This document shows positions 48,255-61,364 of a stretch of DNA of 64,000 bases, piece by piece. The translations under genes and the position numbers were made by a program. The notes under the pieces are model-generated. The model worked only from the letters and a program-made list of their open reading frames with translations. It was not told the DNA's origin and searched no databases. Within the stretch, counting starts at the first letter, position 1. Every line of letters starts with the position of its first letter. Source of the DNA: Carcharhinus longimanus (taxonomy: Eukaryota); contig JASCQW010000072.1 of assembly GCA_030264375.1 (NCBI GenBank), positions 93,551,368 through 93,615,367 on the forward strand. The letters run 5' to 3'.

Positions 48255-49850
48255 CTTCAATCAATTTCTGCCCTGCCATAGACAGCTCTCTTAAGTAGCT
48301 GTGATGAAGATGAACTAACCTTCTCAACCACACCAACCTCCTCCTATACCTCATCACTGTCTGTCAGGGTGGGACGGTGCTCACCTGGTTCCATTCTCAT
48401 TTATCTCATTTTAGTCAGAAATTCACCTGCAAGGACTGCTCAACCGTAACATCTGGTGTTCCCTCACTGTTTCTCAACCTCGCATTTTCCCTCAACAACA
48501 GTGGCACAATGGTTAGCACTGCTGCCTCACAGAACCAGGGATCCAGGTTCAATTCTGGCCTTGGGTGACGGTCTGTGTGGAGTTTGCACATTCTCCTCAT
48601 GTTTACATGGGTTTCCCTCAGTGCTCTGGTTTCTTCCCACAGTCTTAGTATGTGTATGTTGATTGGCCATGCTAAATTGCCCCTTAGTGTCGGGGGAATT
48701 AGTCGAGTAATATGTGGGATAATGAGGATAGGGCCTGGGTGGGATTGTTATCGATGCAGACCCACTGGGCCAAATGGCCTCCTTCTGCACTGCAGAGATT
48801 CTGTGGTTCTATGAACATAATCTGAAAATGCTGCATAATTTTTTGCTGATGCCATTCGCTCCAGATTTCTTGATCCCTCCACTATCTCTAAGTTTGTCCA
48901 ACATCCAGTACTGAACGAGCAAAAATTTTATTCAATTAAATATTGTGAAGGCAGAAGTCATTGGTCAGGATTTTCCACCCCACCCGCATCACAGCGTGTT
49001 TTATGGTGGTGGAAGCAGCTCGCCATAGGCTGCCATTCGGATCTTTCAGTTCTGTGATGTTTTGTATGGTTTCCCCACCCTGCCAAAGGGAACCTGCCAC
49101 GAGGGTGGAGGGGTCACCTTTGGTGGGACCAAAAGATTCTGTCAGTAAGAAGAGCTCTGCAACATCCTCTATTCTCCAGTTTCTGACTCCATCTCTCTCA
49201 GTGTCAACTATCTGAAGCTGAACCAGTCTTTGCAATTTTAACTTAAGTGTCATACTTCAGATGAACTTCCAACCATATATCTGCACCATTGCTATTTCCT
49301 CTTTTGTAATACTACCTAATTCTACATCCAGAGTTAGCCATTCAAACCCCCATCCTTGTCTTTTCTATCTCTAGTCCTGACAAATCTAATGAACTCCCTG
49401 GGTGGTTGTATGAATTTAAGATCACCCAAAACTTTGCTGCTTGTATCACATCAATCCTCATTGACCTACACTAGTTCCCAAAACAGCACTTTAATTTTAA
49501 ACTTCTCTTTCCTGTTTCCAACTTGTTCCATGGTCTCACCCATCCATAACTCTACGATCTCTTCCAATCCCACAATCTTCTGAGGTGGTTGTGGCTCATA
49601 AAGTCCTGGTTGCTTGAATGTCCCCAATTTTGCTCCACCATTGGTGGCAGGCAGTGACCTAGACCCTAAGCTCTGAAATTTCCTTTCCAAATTTATTGGC
49701 CTCTTTATCTTTCTTTCCTCCTTAAAATCTACCTCTTAGGCCACACTTTTGACTAACCACCCCAATTTAAGTACCCACCGTTAAATTCTGTTTGATAATG
49801 CTCCTGTGAAGCATCTTGAGACATTGCACCAGATAAATACAAGTTGTTAT
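48255..49850 (+). mobile_element. L2 LINE 3' part with nested HE1 SINE (48498-48812) and MITE (~48962-49140)
   Basis: VLTWFHSHLS..TSGVP; FADA..; LNIVKAEV; LH*FPKQHFNFK; tail ctcctgtgaagcatcttgagac...ataaatacaagttgttattgtt. Confidence 0.8.
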
Positions 49851-49957
49851 TGTTATTGTTTGATTCAGAGGGTAACATCTTAAGGGGCAATTGCACAGTT
49901 CAGCTTTTTAGGAAGCTTGCACGTGTCTAACCAATGATGTGACGAAATCTTCATTTT

Positions 49958-50282
49958 ATCATAGAATCACAAAGTCCTACAGTGCAGAAGGAGGCCATTC
50001 GGCCTGTCGAGTCTGCACCAACCACAATGCCACCCAGGCCCTATCCTCATCATCTCATGCATTTACCCTAGCTAGTCCCCCTGACACTATGGAGCAATTT
50101 AGCATGGCCGATCCACCTAACCCGCACATTTTTGAGTGTGGGAGGAAACCAGAGCACCCGGAGGAAACCCACACATACACAGGAGAACATGCAAACTCCA
50201 CACAAACAGAGACCCAAGCCAGGAATCGATCCCGGGCCCCTGGCACTGTGAGATCGTAGTACTAACCACTGTGCCACCATGC
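49958..50282 (-). mobile_element. HE1 V-SINE with CR1/HER1 tail
   Basis: Full reverse copy. Confidence 0.9.
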
Positions 50283-50539
50283 CAGAATTTGGTCAACTTC
50301 TATTTTGTAAAGGAAATTGACCAAAGGTGAGCATTAATGGATTTTTTTTTAAAGGATAATCTACCTGATCTCAGTTGTAAACTCTGAGGATTTAGTGGAG
50401 GAGCTGGGTCTTGAGCTAATGAGTCCACCACAATTTTGTGTCAAAATTGGAAAATCATTTTTGTGTGCCCATTTGAAATTCTGCACACTGAGCTCAACAT
50501 AAGAAAGGGGCACCAACACAAACAGTACACCCTCCAGGA

Positions 50540-50790
50540 AGAGAAGACCTTTTTTGGAGACTCTATTTAGTGACAATTGGAGGGTAAGAGAGGAACCAGA
50601 TGAGGGTGGTTCCATTCAGCTGAACAACAGAGAAGATTTGTTGGAGGAGTTTGGTATCGTCGGCCAAGCCAAAGACTACAGAGCGTCTGAGGAGGGATAA
50701 TGCACCACCATCATAATCACAGAGGAGGTCATTCGTGACTCTGCTAAGTTCCGTTGAGGCAGAGGCAAAGAGCCTGACTGGAGACATTCA
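50540..50790 (-). mobile_element. L2 LINE RT fragment
   Basis: STELSRVTNDLLCDYDGGALSLL...LLQQIFSVVQLNGTTLIWFLSY. Confidence 0.8.
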
Positions 50791-50795
50791 AGGCT

Positions 50796-51230
50796 TTGAT
50801 TTGATTTATTATTGTCACATGTATACAGTGAAAAGTACTGTTTCTTGCACGCTGTACAGACAAAGCATACCGTACATAGTGAAGGAAAGGAGAGAGTACA
50901 GAATGTAGTGTTACAGCCATAGCTTGGGTGTCGAACAAGATCAACTTAATATAAGGTAGGTCAAAAGTCTGATGGCAGCGTGGAAGAAGCTGTTCTTCGA
51001 GTCGGTTGGTACATGACCTCAAGTTTTTATGTCTTTTTCCTGACGAAAGAAGGTGAAAGAGAGAATGCCCAGAGTGCTGGGATCCTTGATTATGCTGGCT
51101 GCTTTTCCAAGAGAGCGGAAAGTGTAGACAGAGTCAACGAATGGGAGGCTGTTTGAGTGAAGGACTGACTTCATTCATGGCCTTTTGTAGTTTCTTACGG
51201 TCTTGGTCAGAGCAGGAGCCATACTAAGCC
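50796..51230 (-). mobile_element. Rex1/Babar-type LINE 3' end
   Basis: Reverse complement of 40441-40825, starting ttgatttgatttattattgtcacatg. Confidence 0.9.
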
Positions 51231-52949
51231 GTAGTGGAGGAAAGATGGGGATTTGAACTGTTGAAGGATGAGTGCTGGTGGATTTGGATTGCAATTAGGG
51301 GGCAAAGTTCAGGAATAAGATCAAAGCTTACATGGGCATGACACAGATTAGAAAAGATGCAAAATAAAAACAAAAACTGGTGAAACTACCCAGGTCAGAT
51401 ATCTGCTTAAGAGAAAAACAGAGTTAACTGTGTTCTACTGCTCTTCATGTAACCAACCTGAAGTATTAACTTTGCTTCCTGTCCTGGTGTGTATTTACTA
51501 TTATTCCAGATCCAGCATCTGCGGTATTTAGCTATTGCACTAGATTTAGCTATTACACCAGGCATGTCCTGGTTATAAATAGAACCTCCACCACATCCCT
51601 TTTCTTCAGCTGGATCAGTCATTAAGAACATATGATATTTCAATGTTAATGAAATGTTTTAATATCTAATTAATCAACAACAGTCCATAGGTATGAAACT
51701 TCACAATATAACAACCTCATGAAACGCGTAGTTAATCCATAAAGTAAGACTCACAAATCCAACAGAAGTTGCCCTTTTTAAGAGTGTTCCATGAGCAATG
51801 GCTCTTCTGATTCCTGATTAACTTACTACATGAAGGCATCAGTCCGAGATCGACAAAATTTTCCAAACAAACTTCCAAAACCTTTGGAGGGAGAGCAGCT
51901 CCACACAAAGTGAGTTGCAACACCATTTTTTTCCCCCATTTATCGCTGCTTATTTTCTCCTGGGCACAGAATTAAAGGAGCTGCAGCTTGGCACTAATTC
52001 CCAGTCTTCCTCAAAGATTATAGGCATGGCCAGCTGGGAAGATGAAAATACTCCTCAGGAGAGGGTTGCGGTGGAAGCACATTACTGTGGTAGCAAAGGA
52101 AATCGCAGCCTGTGCCTGATCTCTGACCTCACTTGACCAGGGAGTGTTTTATATAGACACTAGATGCCAAAACTGCAAACATTTTCCAATCCCAGCATCA
52201 ATATCTCCCATCTTGAGCATCTTAAATCAATCAGATGAAATCAAAGAGAAAGGAGTGTTTTTGATGCACAGACACCAAGAGCTGTTCTTTAACTATTCCA
52301 CACCCAAATCGGCAATAAATTCCGAAATGGACTTGTTTCATTTGTTTAAAAGGCCCACTCACCTGCTTTCTAGCTGACTACTTTGGTTGTCCACTGTCCT
52401 GGCTGGATATTGCAACTAACGATAGAGTAAGGTTGCTTTCACTATGAAGTACAACTAAGGTAGTGTTTTTGTAACATGTTTCTTAGAATTAGTTAAATTA
52501 AAACAAAAATGCATTACAGTTTTTAGTCCTGAGTTCCTGAAAGAAAAACTAGACCTGTGCCGCATATATTTTTAAAATAACAATCGGGCCTGAGTTTGCT
52601 GAAATCTTGCACATTCATGTACGTTCTTTATTATACGGTGCAAAGATTCCAGGAGGTAATTATGCTACAACTTATACCATGTACTACTGCTGGGACTTCT
52701 GAGCTGCGCCACTGATACCATCATTGAGAATGTTAAACAGCTAATTACCACAATTCTGCTTCTACATCAATGTATATTTATTCAGCATGTGCGCTAAGCA
52801 TGGATCCAACCGGCAATGAAACAAGACCAGGGATCTTCTGCAGTTTGGGAGACAAGTCTAAGCACAGGCGTCTCTTCTCAACCTGACTTATAAACTTAAG
52901 CAATTTCAGTGCAAACTCATCAAATCAAATTGAAGCCACCCTGAATGTT

Positions 52950-53249
52950 TTAAAGTTTACTTCTCAGTGTCATAAATAGGCTTACATTAACACAGTAATA
53001 AAGTTACTGTGAAAATCCCTTAGTCGTCTCTGGTGCCTGTTCAGGTACACTGAGGGAGAATTTAGCATGGCCAGTGCACCTAACCAACACATCTTTCAGA
53101 CTGTGGGAAGAAACTGGAACTCTCAGAGGAAACCTGCACCGACGAGGGAGAATGTGCAGACCCTGCATAGATAGTGACCCAAGGGAATTGAACCTAGGTC
53201 CTTGGTGCTGTGAGATAGCAGTGCTAACCACTGTGCTATCCTGCTGCCC
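52950..53249 (-). mobile_element. V-SINE, tail type A
   Basis: Full reverse copy. Confidence 0.88.
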
Positions 53250-54685
53250 ATTTCTGTTCTGTCTGATATTCTGTCTTTACAATTCCATGTTATCAGAGCA
53301 ATTGGCCCTAAATGTGTTGCATTCTATTCAGTTCCTGCGACCTCGGATGTGTATCATATGTTGACCATCATTCCTAAGATTCCCACAAAAAGTGTAAGCT
53401 TCAAACTTTTAACCAGAGGTATTTTCCGATATTTAATCATGCTTACAATCACAGGCTCATAAATCATTCGCAACTCACCATCATTTACTTGATTCACTTA
53501 AGAAGATATTGGAATAAGACAAAAGATTACAGTGGATAAACATTTGTGCTTCAGAAGAAGACTTTGGGGAGGCCGTTATACTTCTGTCCTAGAACAACCA
53601 AACCTGGGATTATAGTTAGCCAGAATTTATCTACAAACTTTTGTAAATTTTCCTAATTTCTTGTTGGAATCATCCCAAGCATTCTGTTACTGAAGTAATT
53701 ATCCAAACAGTTTTAATCAAAAATAACTATTAACAGCTCCTATGACCTTAGTGAGAACGCACTCAGCTTGTTCTGGTGGCCTCAAAATGTGAAACAGTGT
53801 GAAGATTACCATTCAAATGTTAGCATGAACTTCCCTTGTCTGATATTTCAATATCGACATCAACTCACTTGTTTCAAACCAGTTCAAGCCTGCATCAAAA
53901 TCGACTGCAGAGTTTTATCAGAACGTGTCAAATTGTTTATACACAGGTTTCAGTTGCAGCATCATTTGAAAGTTATATGCTAAATCAGAGACTGATGATG
54001 CTGAGACCCGGGGTTGATGTTTGGTACCTCTTCCTGTTGCTTGGTTTAAGGATCAAAGCACAATTTAGAGAGATGGCTTCCTATTTTCACTGGTTAAAAA
54101 TAAGCTTTTGAATTCTACTGCAAGTTCTGTTTTTCCCTTTGGTTGAAATATTTAATTTCAAACCATATATCAAGCTTCCAGTTTTGTTTCAAAGGGTTGC
54201 GTGTATAATTCCTATAAAATTCAGGGAACATGCAAGATCTTTTCTTCCCTCAAGTGACTTTGGTTGATATTATTCAGACATCTGTATATAATACTTTTTA
54301 AAATGTTTGTTCCAAATATAAATATTGAAAGCATTTAAAGGTTTAAATTGCTGTTTGATTTTTTTTCTTAAAGGGGAAAGACATCAGAGATAATGGGGAT
54401 AACAAGGGGAAGGGGACAATGCTATCACACTAGGGTATATTTCATCATGTGTTAAAGGTGAACATTTAACATTGGAATGATCCTTTGATACAATTGCCAT
54501 AAGAAAAAGAAGAAAAAATATATATAAGGACAGCAAAATAATTGTAGACTTGAATGACGTGCAATAAACTTCTGGTATTTTGACAGATTACACTGTCAAT
54601 ACGTTTAATGGAATTTGAAACTATATATTTTGTGAAGGATATACCCCTTTGGTGTTGTGTTTATCGGAGATACTGCACCACAATG

Positions 54686-54803
54686 AGTGGGATTTTACAT
54701 CCTCACTTGTCCCGAAACTGTAATATTCCACCCGAGGTCAACCCATGTCCACCACTCGCCCACTCTGATTCCCTTGGTGAGTGGGACAGTAAAATTCTGG
54801 CCA
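54686..54803. mobile_element. MITE
   Basis: gagtgggattttac ... gtaaaattctggcc. Confidence 0.7.
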
Positions 54804-55295
54804 ACATCTTGGACTAAGCTCTCCCTACACTTGTAAAACGAGACGTACATGGGTGAAGAAGGATAATTTCACATTTTGTGTTCTTTTCTTTGTATTCAGC
54901 ATTCTAGCCCCCTAACATCTGGAGTTACCACCAGTAGGATTTAGTTTCAGGGCTGAAGTGAAAAGGAAATCATGCCCACTGCTTGTTCNNNNNNNNNNNN
55001 NNNNNNNNNNNNNNNNNNNNNNNNNNNNNNNNNNNNNNNNNNNNNNNNNNNNNNNNNNNNNNNNNNNNNNNNNNNNNNNNNNNNNNNNNNNNNNNNNNNN
55101 NNNNNNNNNNNNNNNNNNNNNNNNNNNNNNNNNNNNNNNNNNNNNNNNNNNNNNNNNNNNNNNNNNNNNNNNNNNNNNNNNNNNNNNNNNNNNNNNNNNN
55201 NNNNNNNNNNNNAACCAATGGGCATCCCTAGATAGCACCAAGGAACAGAAACACAAGTTTTCTTTTTAAATAAGATGTCTTCCCTCACCTATTGG

Positions 55296-55605
55296 GGTCA
55301 GCATAGTGGCACAGTGGTTAACACTGCTGCCTCACAATGCCAGGGACCCGAGTTCGATTCCCGGCTTGGGTCACTATCTCTGCAGAGTCTGCACATTCTC
55401 CCTGTGTCTGCATGGGTTTCCTTCAGGTGCTCTGGTTTCCCTTCCACAGTCCGAAAGACATGCTGGTTAGGTGCATTAGCCGTGCTCAATTCTCCCTCAG
55501 TGTACCCAAACAGGCACCAGAGTGTGGCGACTAGGGGATTTTCACGATAACTTCATTGCAGTGTTAATGTACGCCTGCTTATGACACTAATATATAAGCT
55601 TAAAC
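55296..55605 (+). mobile_element. V-SINE, tail type A
   Basis: Full copy. Confidence 0.9.
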
Positions 55606-56204
55606 TTTAAAGTGTTGATCTTGAGGAGAAGTCAGGGCACAAACTAGAAATAACTCAACACAGCACAAGGATTAAATGGGGCACCTTTTTTGGTTTCTAT
55701 ACCTTTAAATCATTCAGGAATCTGTGACCAATGTTGTCAGCCAGAGTCAGGTTTCTTGTTTGGTCAGTGATTTCTGTTTATGTGTGCAAATTGCTATTCC
55801 TTTTCTAATGCTATGGCAGTTTTATTCCCCCACTACCCCACCAAAAAAAAATCCTGAAATAAATTGCAGAAAATATATATTGGGAGCAAACAAGCATGTA
55901 ATTGGTTGTAAAAAGGTTTTTGTCATTCTGAAAGAAGTACCTGCAAACATCAGTCCCATTACTTCCAGTTTTTTTTAGTTTTACATTTCTGTTTTTCAAA
56001 CCAACTTACTGTTACACAAGTTCTAACAGGAATTTAAGAGGGATTAATGTATGGGTTACAGAATTTTCAGAAGCAGTGTAACCTGGTTGATATGCAATAA
56101 TAAGCTACATTGAAATACATCACTGATCAATTTTAGCATACTGGAAATTAACTTTAGAATTGAATGAATGTCTCCACACTAAATAAAATTAAATTCATAT
56201 TGAT

Positions 56205-56362
56205 CTCATAGAACGTAGAACTATACAGCTCAGGGCCAGGCCCTTTGTCCCACAATGTTGCATCGAACATGACACCAAATTAAACTAATCCCTTCTACCT
56301 ACCCTTTGTCCATATACCTCTATTTCTTGCCAATTCATGTGCTTATCCAAAAACCCCTTAAA
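56205..56362 (-). mobile_element. CR1 LINE tail
   Basis: catagaacgtagaactatacagctcagggccaggccctttgtcccacaatgttg. Confidence 0.8.
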
Positions 56363-56599
56363 CTAGGCAGAGTGGGCAGCATGGTGGGCACCGCCAGTAG
56401 GATTTAGTTTCAGGGCTGAAGTGAAAAGGAAATCAGGCCCATTGCCTGTTCGTGACAGCCACCGCCCCAGATTTTATTTCTATTGATTTGAATGGAAATG
56501 AAAATCGAGTGGTTTCTGTAATCAGTGGGCCTTTGTCTCCGCCCATTACATAAGTGCTGAAGACGCCAATGACCCTACTGACAGTTGTCCTAGTATAGT

Positions 56600-56900
56600 T
56601 TCACAGTGCCAGGGACCCGTGTTATTTCAAGCCTCGGGTGATTGTGCGGAGTTTGCATGTACTCCCGTGTCTGCGTGGGTTTTGCTCCAGGTGCTTCAGT
56701 TTCTTCCCATACACAGATGTGCAGGTTAGGCAGATTGGCCATACTAAATTGCCCTTTAGTGTCCTAAGGTGTGTGGGTTAGAGGGATTAGTGAGGTAAAT
56801 ACGTGAAGTCGCAGGGATAGGGCCTGGGTGAGATTGTTGTCAGTGCAGACTCGATGGGCCAAATGGTCGCCTTCTGCACTGTAGTGATTCTATGATTTCT
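56600..56900 (+). mobile_element. HE1 V-SINE with CR1/HER1 tail
   Basis: Core and tail gtgcagactcgatgggccaaatgg...gattctatgattt. Confidence 0.88.
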
Positions 56901-57397
56901 ACAATTTATAAATCCAGGGCACAGGTTTTGAAGGACAACTGCAGGACAAAGAAATGGGAATAAAAACATGATGGGTGCCAGGAAATACTTATTTCTACAT
57001 AAAGGGGCAAATGACAGCTATAGTTTTCTAGATAGGACAGTGCAGGCAAAAAAGACTTCTGACTTTCATGAGAAAGTTAGTAGCTTCCTTTGAAATAATA
57101 AGCTAGATTGCCCAAAAGGCCGAGCTCAACCACAATTATCTCAGTTTACTTTGATCATAACAAGCAGTAGCTCCAGTTCCTGACTTTGGTACAGTGCTTT
57201 AGAACAGGGAAAGAAATAGAGCTCAAATGTGCTCATTAAAAAAGAAAAGAAATTTCCTTTGCACAGCACAGTTACATACTGACATTGCACTGATTGGTAC
57301 GTTTTGAAGGAAATACTTCTCCAGACGGGTTGTGAATTTGATCCAATATTTTGTGATTGCCAATTTGAAAAATGTTTGGACTGTTGTTTAACCTTTG

Positions 57398-57833
57398 ACA
57401 CAGTGGTAGCACTCACCTCTGAGTTCAGAATTGTGGGATCAAGCCCAACTTCAGGGCTTGAGTATACACAATTTAGACTAACACTTGAGCGCAGAGCTAA
57501 AGGAATGCTGCACTGCCAGGCTTGTGGTGTCTGCTTGATGAGGCATTAAAATGCGTATTTNNNNNNNNNNNNNNNNNNNNNNNNNNNNNNNNNNNNNNNN
57601 NNNNNNNNNNNNNNNNNNNNNNNNNNNNNNNNNNNNNNNNNNNNNNNNNNNNTTAGTCCAACTAAAACCTGGTGTTGTCAGACTTTTTACTGTGTTTACG
57701 CCAGTCCAACGCCGGCATACCCACATCATTCCTCCATTACAACAGTGACCAAATGTCAAACATACTTGCTGGGAAGCATTTTGGAACATCCTGAACTTGG
57801 GAAACGGCTCTACATAAATGAACATTTGCTCTC
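57398..57833 (+). mobile_element. SacSINE1/DeuSINE-like element interrupted by a gap and a Penelope end (57653-57729)
   Basis: Head gtggtagcactcacctctgagttcagaattgtgggatcaagccc, ggaatgctgcactg; L2-type tail cattacaacagtgac...gcattttggaacatcctga...tacataaatg. Confidence 0.7.
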
Positions 57834-58039
57834 TGGATTGTAACAGAGGTAGAGCGATGCTTATCTCTCTTTCATTCAAGTTCTGCACCAACCACCCACA
57901 ATAGCATTTCTGAAGATGAATTTAGACATGCACAGAATGTTCTCGAGTCATAATATTGTTGAGGTTTAAATAATGTGAAAAGTGGAAACTCTTCCATTTT
58001 GAGGGGAGAAATTCAATCTACACCTGAAAAATACAAACA

Positions 58040-58173
58040 GGGACCGGAATTCTCCTGTCCCGCCCGCCATGGGAATTGCAGCAGGCGGGGGGAGGGGCAG
58101 ACCATGCAAAGGTCCATTGACCTTGGGCAGGATTTTCCAATTTTGATGCGAATGTGGCTGGAAAATCCCACCC
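58040..58173. mobile_element. MITE
   Basis: ggaattctcctgtcccgcccgcc ... ggaaaatcccaccc. Confidence 0.8.
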
Positions 58174-58539
58174 AGGATCTCAGTAACAACCTGGTGGGAA
58201 GTAACCCGAGATGTTTAACTGCCTACCTGTCTTCTTTCTACCAGGCAAGTCGAGTTAAGATACCCCCACCACTACCCCCTCCCTCCTCCCACTGTCTATT
58301 ATCGTCTGGGCTCACGTGTAAAGAATGTCCATACCAAGCTACATCTTTTCTATGAACCAAAACATCTAACTGAAATAAAAAACCAGAAAATGCAGCTCAG
58401 GCATCATCTATGCAGAGAAACTAACTTCATGCCCCCAGTTTTAATTTGATGATGCACTGGGAAGGGGTGGGAGCCAATTATACATGGGAAACCAGCAAAT
58501 AAGTGCAGCAAGTTTGTCAGTGGCTGTTTAAAAAATATA

Positions 58540-58760
58540 TTATTTCATGGGATGTGGGTAAGCTATCTCTAATGGACCTTGAACTGAACGGCCTACTCGA
58601 CCAATTCAGAGTCAACCCCATTACTGTGGACCTGGAGTCTCAGGTAGGCCAAAGGGCGGCATTTTCCTTCCCTAAAGGACATTGTCAAAGCAGATGGGAT
58701 TTTACGACAATCAACGATAGTTCCATGGACAAGGTTACTGAGACGAGCTTTCAATTCCTG
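58540..58760 (-). mobile_element. SINE family B, partial
   Basis: ttcatgggatgtggg...ccttccctaaaggacatt...cagatggg. Confidence 0.75.
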
Positions 58761-58919
58761 TTCCAATTACCTCAGCCACTTCACTATAGTTTCATTTCCG
58801 GGTTTCCTACGTTCGGGCACGCTGGGGTCCCAGTAGACCTGACCTCAACTCCAGTATTTAAAGGGACAATGCCAATGTGCAAGCTGATGGGGTTGGAGGT
58901 GGGAAGAAAAGGGATAGCA

Positions 58920-59900
58920 GAATGGATTTCAATTCAGCCAAAGGCTATGCTGCATTTCAGTGATGCCTTCCTGGATGTGCTGCAGGGTTGTGCAGGGGGC
59001 ATGCGGGGACAGTGAGCAGCCAGAGAGATATAATCTTGATGTTAATGGGAGGAGGACCCACAGCAGGGGTTGCAAGGAATGTTAGTCACTTTCTCTGATT
59101 CAACATTCCTGGTTCCAGTGCAGAAAGCTCTGCAATGACAAAGACATATGTCAGGAAAAATGAGGAGAATAGCACTTTCATATGTTGTGTACAAAAGCTC
59201 AGTCCCTCACTCTGAGCTGCCATCTTTGCTTCATAATATCACTCTTCACAACCTTGCAAATGCACTTATACTTTTCTCTTGGTGCATCTATCCCACTCAC
59301 CTTCAGTCTTGCCTGCTTCTCCCTCTCAGTCACTCTTACAAAAGGCTCTCCATCCATGGGGTAAATACATGCCATCACAGACTTGTTATTTCCCATTTTG
59401 TAGGAAGAGAGAGCACAGAACAATAGGGAGAAAACCAAAAGGATCCTCTAAACATTTTGCAATTGACAGATGCAGAGGAGGGATGCTTCCTATCAAGGAA
59501 GCTTCAAAGGACCTAGCTGCTGGAGATGGCAAGATGGGAACCTCCTTCCATCTCGGGAGACAGCTTGATAAAAGACACTGACATGACATTGCCATACTCC
59601 GTCATGCTGACTTGATCGTCTGCATAATGATATCCTTGGCTGGCAAGGCTTGTTTCATATCTTTTAGTTCCACATTCATGCCTTTTAATTCATGCATGCA
59701 GTTGGTGGAGTCTGCCTGAGGGTGCACCCTAGCAGGAATCATGCTTACCATGCAGGTACATGTTGGTGTAATCAGTAAGGCAGATATTTGCATTCCACAT
59801 GGTGATTCACACTTCACAGATGATCAAGAGCAGGATGATGTAGCCAGGGACAGCAGTGGAAATTCTGCATTGGAGAGTGCAGCTCTCTCCTGGCTCTGCT
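58920..59900 (+). pseudogene. PIF/Harbinger Myb/SANT-like gene relic, multi-exon
   Basis: KAMLHFSDAFLDVL...VARNVS..SWFQCRKLCND; acceptor ccattttgtag then EERAQNNREKTK at 59404. Confidence 0.7.
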
Positions 59901-59959
59901 TAGTTGTTCACGGATGCTATACCTCGGGGTACTAATTATCTTGTGGAAAGCATTTCCTG

Positions 59960-60140
59960 ACCTCCCAAAGTCTGCTCATAAGGCACTTCAAGAATGGAAT
60001 TCTCTCCATTTGCCTGGATGAGTGCAGTTCCCACAACACTGAAGGTGTTTGATACCATCTAGCAAAAAGCTTGATTGGTGCCCCACCCACCACCTTAAAC
60101 GTTCACACTGTCTATCACCAGCGCAGCGGCTGCAGCGTGT
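59960..60140 (+). mobile_element. CR1-clade LINE fragment
   Basis: RMEFSPFAWMSAVPTTLKVFDTI*QK(A)LIGAPPTTLNVHTVYHQRS. Confidence 0.75.
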
Positions 60141-60414
60141 ACCATGTGCAAGATGCAGTGCAGCAATTCGCCCAGCCTGTTCTCGGGCTGCAACATGTGT
60201 GCAGTAGATGGCGACCTGTACCTTTCCAAAACCCTGCCAGAACTGCAACGCGGGATTTCGGCTTCTTCTGACTGGCATAATCAGTGGCAAAGTTGCCATG
60301 GTGATCCGCCATGGCAAACAACCCCATCAGTCATCTTGCATCCATTTATGCAAGACTATATAGGAGATCCTACATGTCTGCAACAGAGCTCTTAAAGCAG
60401 CTGGGAGTCAAACA

Positions 60415-60540
60415 TATTGAATTTTATCACCCCGCCTGCCTTGGGAAATGGAGCAAGTGAAAGGCTGAGCATAGAAAGGTCTGTTGACCTCAGGCGGGAC
60501 TATACAGTTTCGGGATGAGCGAGGCTGTAAAATCGTGCCC
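60415..60540. mobile_element. MITE
   Basis: gaattttatcaccccgcc ... gtaaaatcgtgccc. Confidence 0.7.
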
Positions 60541-60584
60541 ATGAGTTGCTAGTGGGGACTTTGGCAGCCACTGGTACTGCATTT

Positions 60585-60970
60585 TTAAAATTCATTCGTG
60601 GGATATGGGTGTTGCTGGCCAACCAGCATTGATCATCCCTAGTTGCCTTCAAAACCGAATGGCTTGCTTAGCCATTTCAGAGAGTAGTCGAGAGTCAACC
60701 ACATTGTTGTGGCTCTGGAGTCACTTGTACCCCAGACTGGGCAAGGACGGCAGATTTTCTTCCCTCATGGTCATTAGTGAACCAGATGGGTTTTTCCAAC
60801 AGTCAACGATGGCTTCATGGTCATCAGTAGATCCTTAATTCCAGATTTTTTTTTTATTGATTTCAAATCCCACCATCCACCATGGTGAGATTAGAACCTG
60901 GGGCCCCAGAACATTAGCTGAGTTTCTGGATTAATAGTCTGGTGATAATACCACTGGGCTATCACCTCCT
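60585..60970 (-). mobile_element. SINE family B, near full-length
   Basis: attcattcgtgggatatggg...gataataccactgggctatcacctcc. Confidence 0.9.
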
Positions 60971-61364
60971 CTAGCCACCAGGTCCAATGGGAGGCTGATT
61001 TGACATCCTGGGTTACCTGAGACCCTGGTGCTCATGCTCAAGGGAGTTGAGCCACTGCATGTAGACCCTTTATTTGTGGTTAGTATCTCATGTGAAATGT
61101 ACCTCACTGCTGCCCCCTGTCTCCTGGTCCTGTTTTTTTGAGTATGTGAACATGCTGCTATAAGTATTGTTGCTGGCCATCTTGGTCCTCATCTGAGGTG
61201 TAACCTAAGGCAGCGTATGTAGCAATCTTAGATAGAATGAACCTCTAAAGTGTAGAAAGTAGCTGATCGGCAAAAGTACTGTGAGCAAACCTTCTCCACT
61301 AACAGGTTGAAAGTAGTTGCATTTATTGGCATCGTTGTCAATGAGCATTTTTTATAACTTCCTT

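Noticed and set aside
51780-51915. Possible exon ending at aaa|gtgagt
   Set aside because: In-frame stop before any plausible acceptor and no recognisable peptide
58503-59015. 170-aa ORF
   Set aside because: Reads through an antisense SINE into a Harbinger relic; a chimeric chance frame
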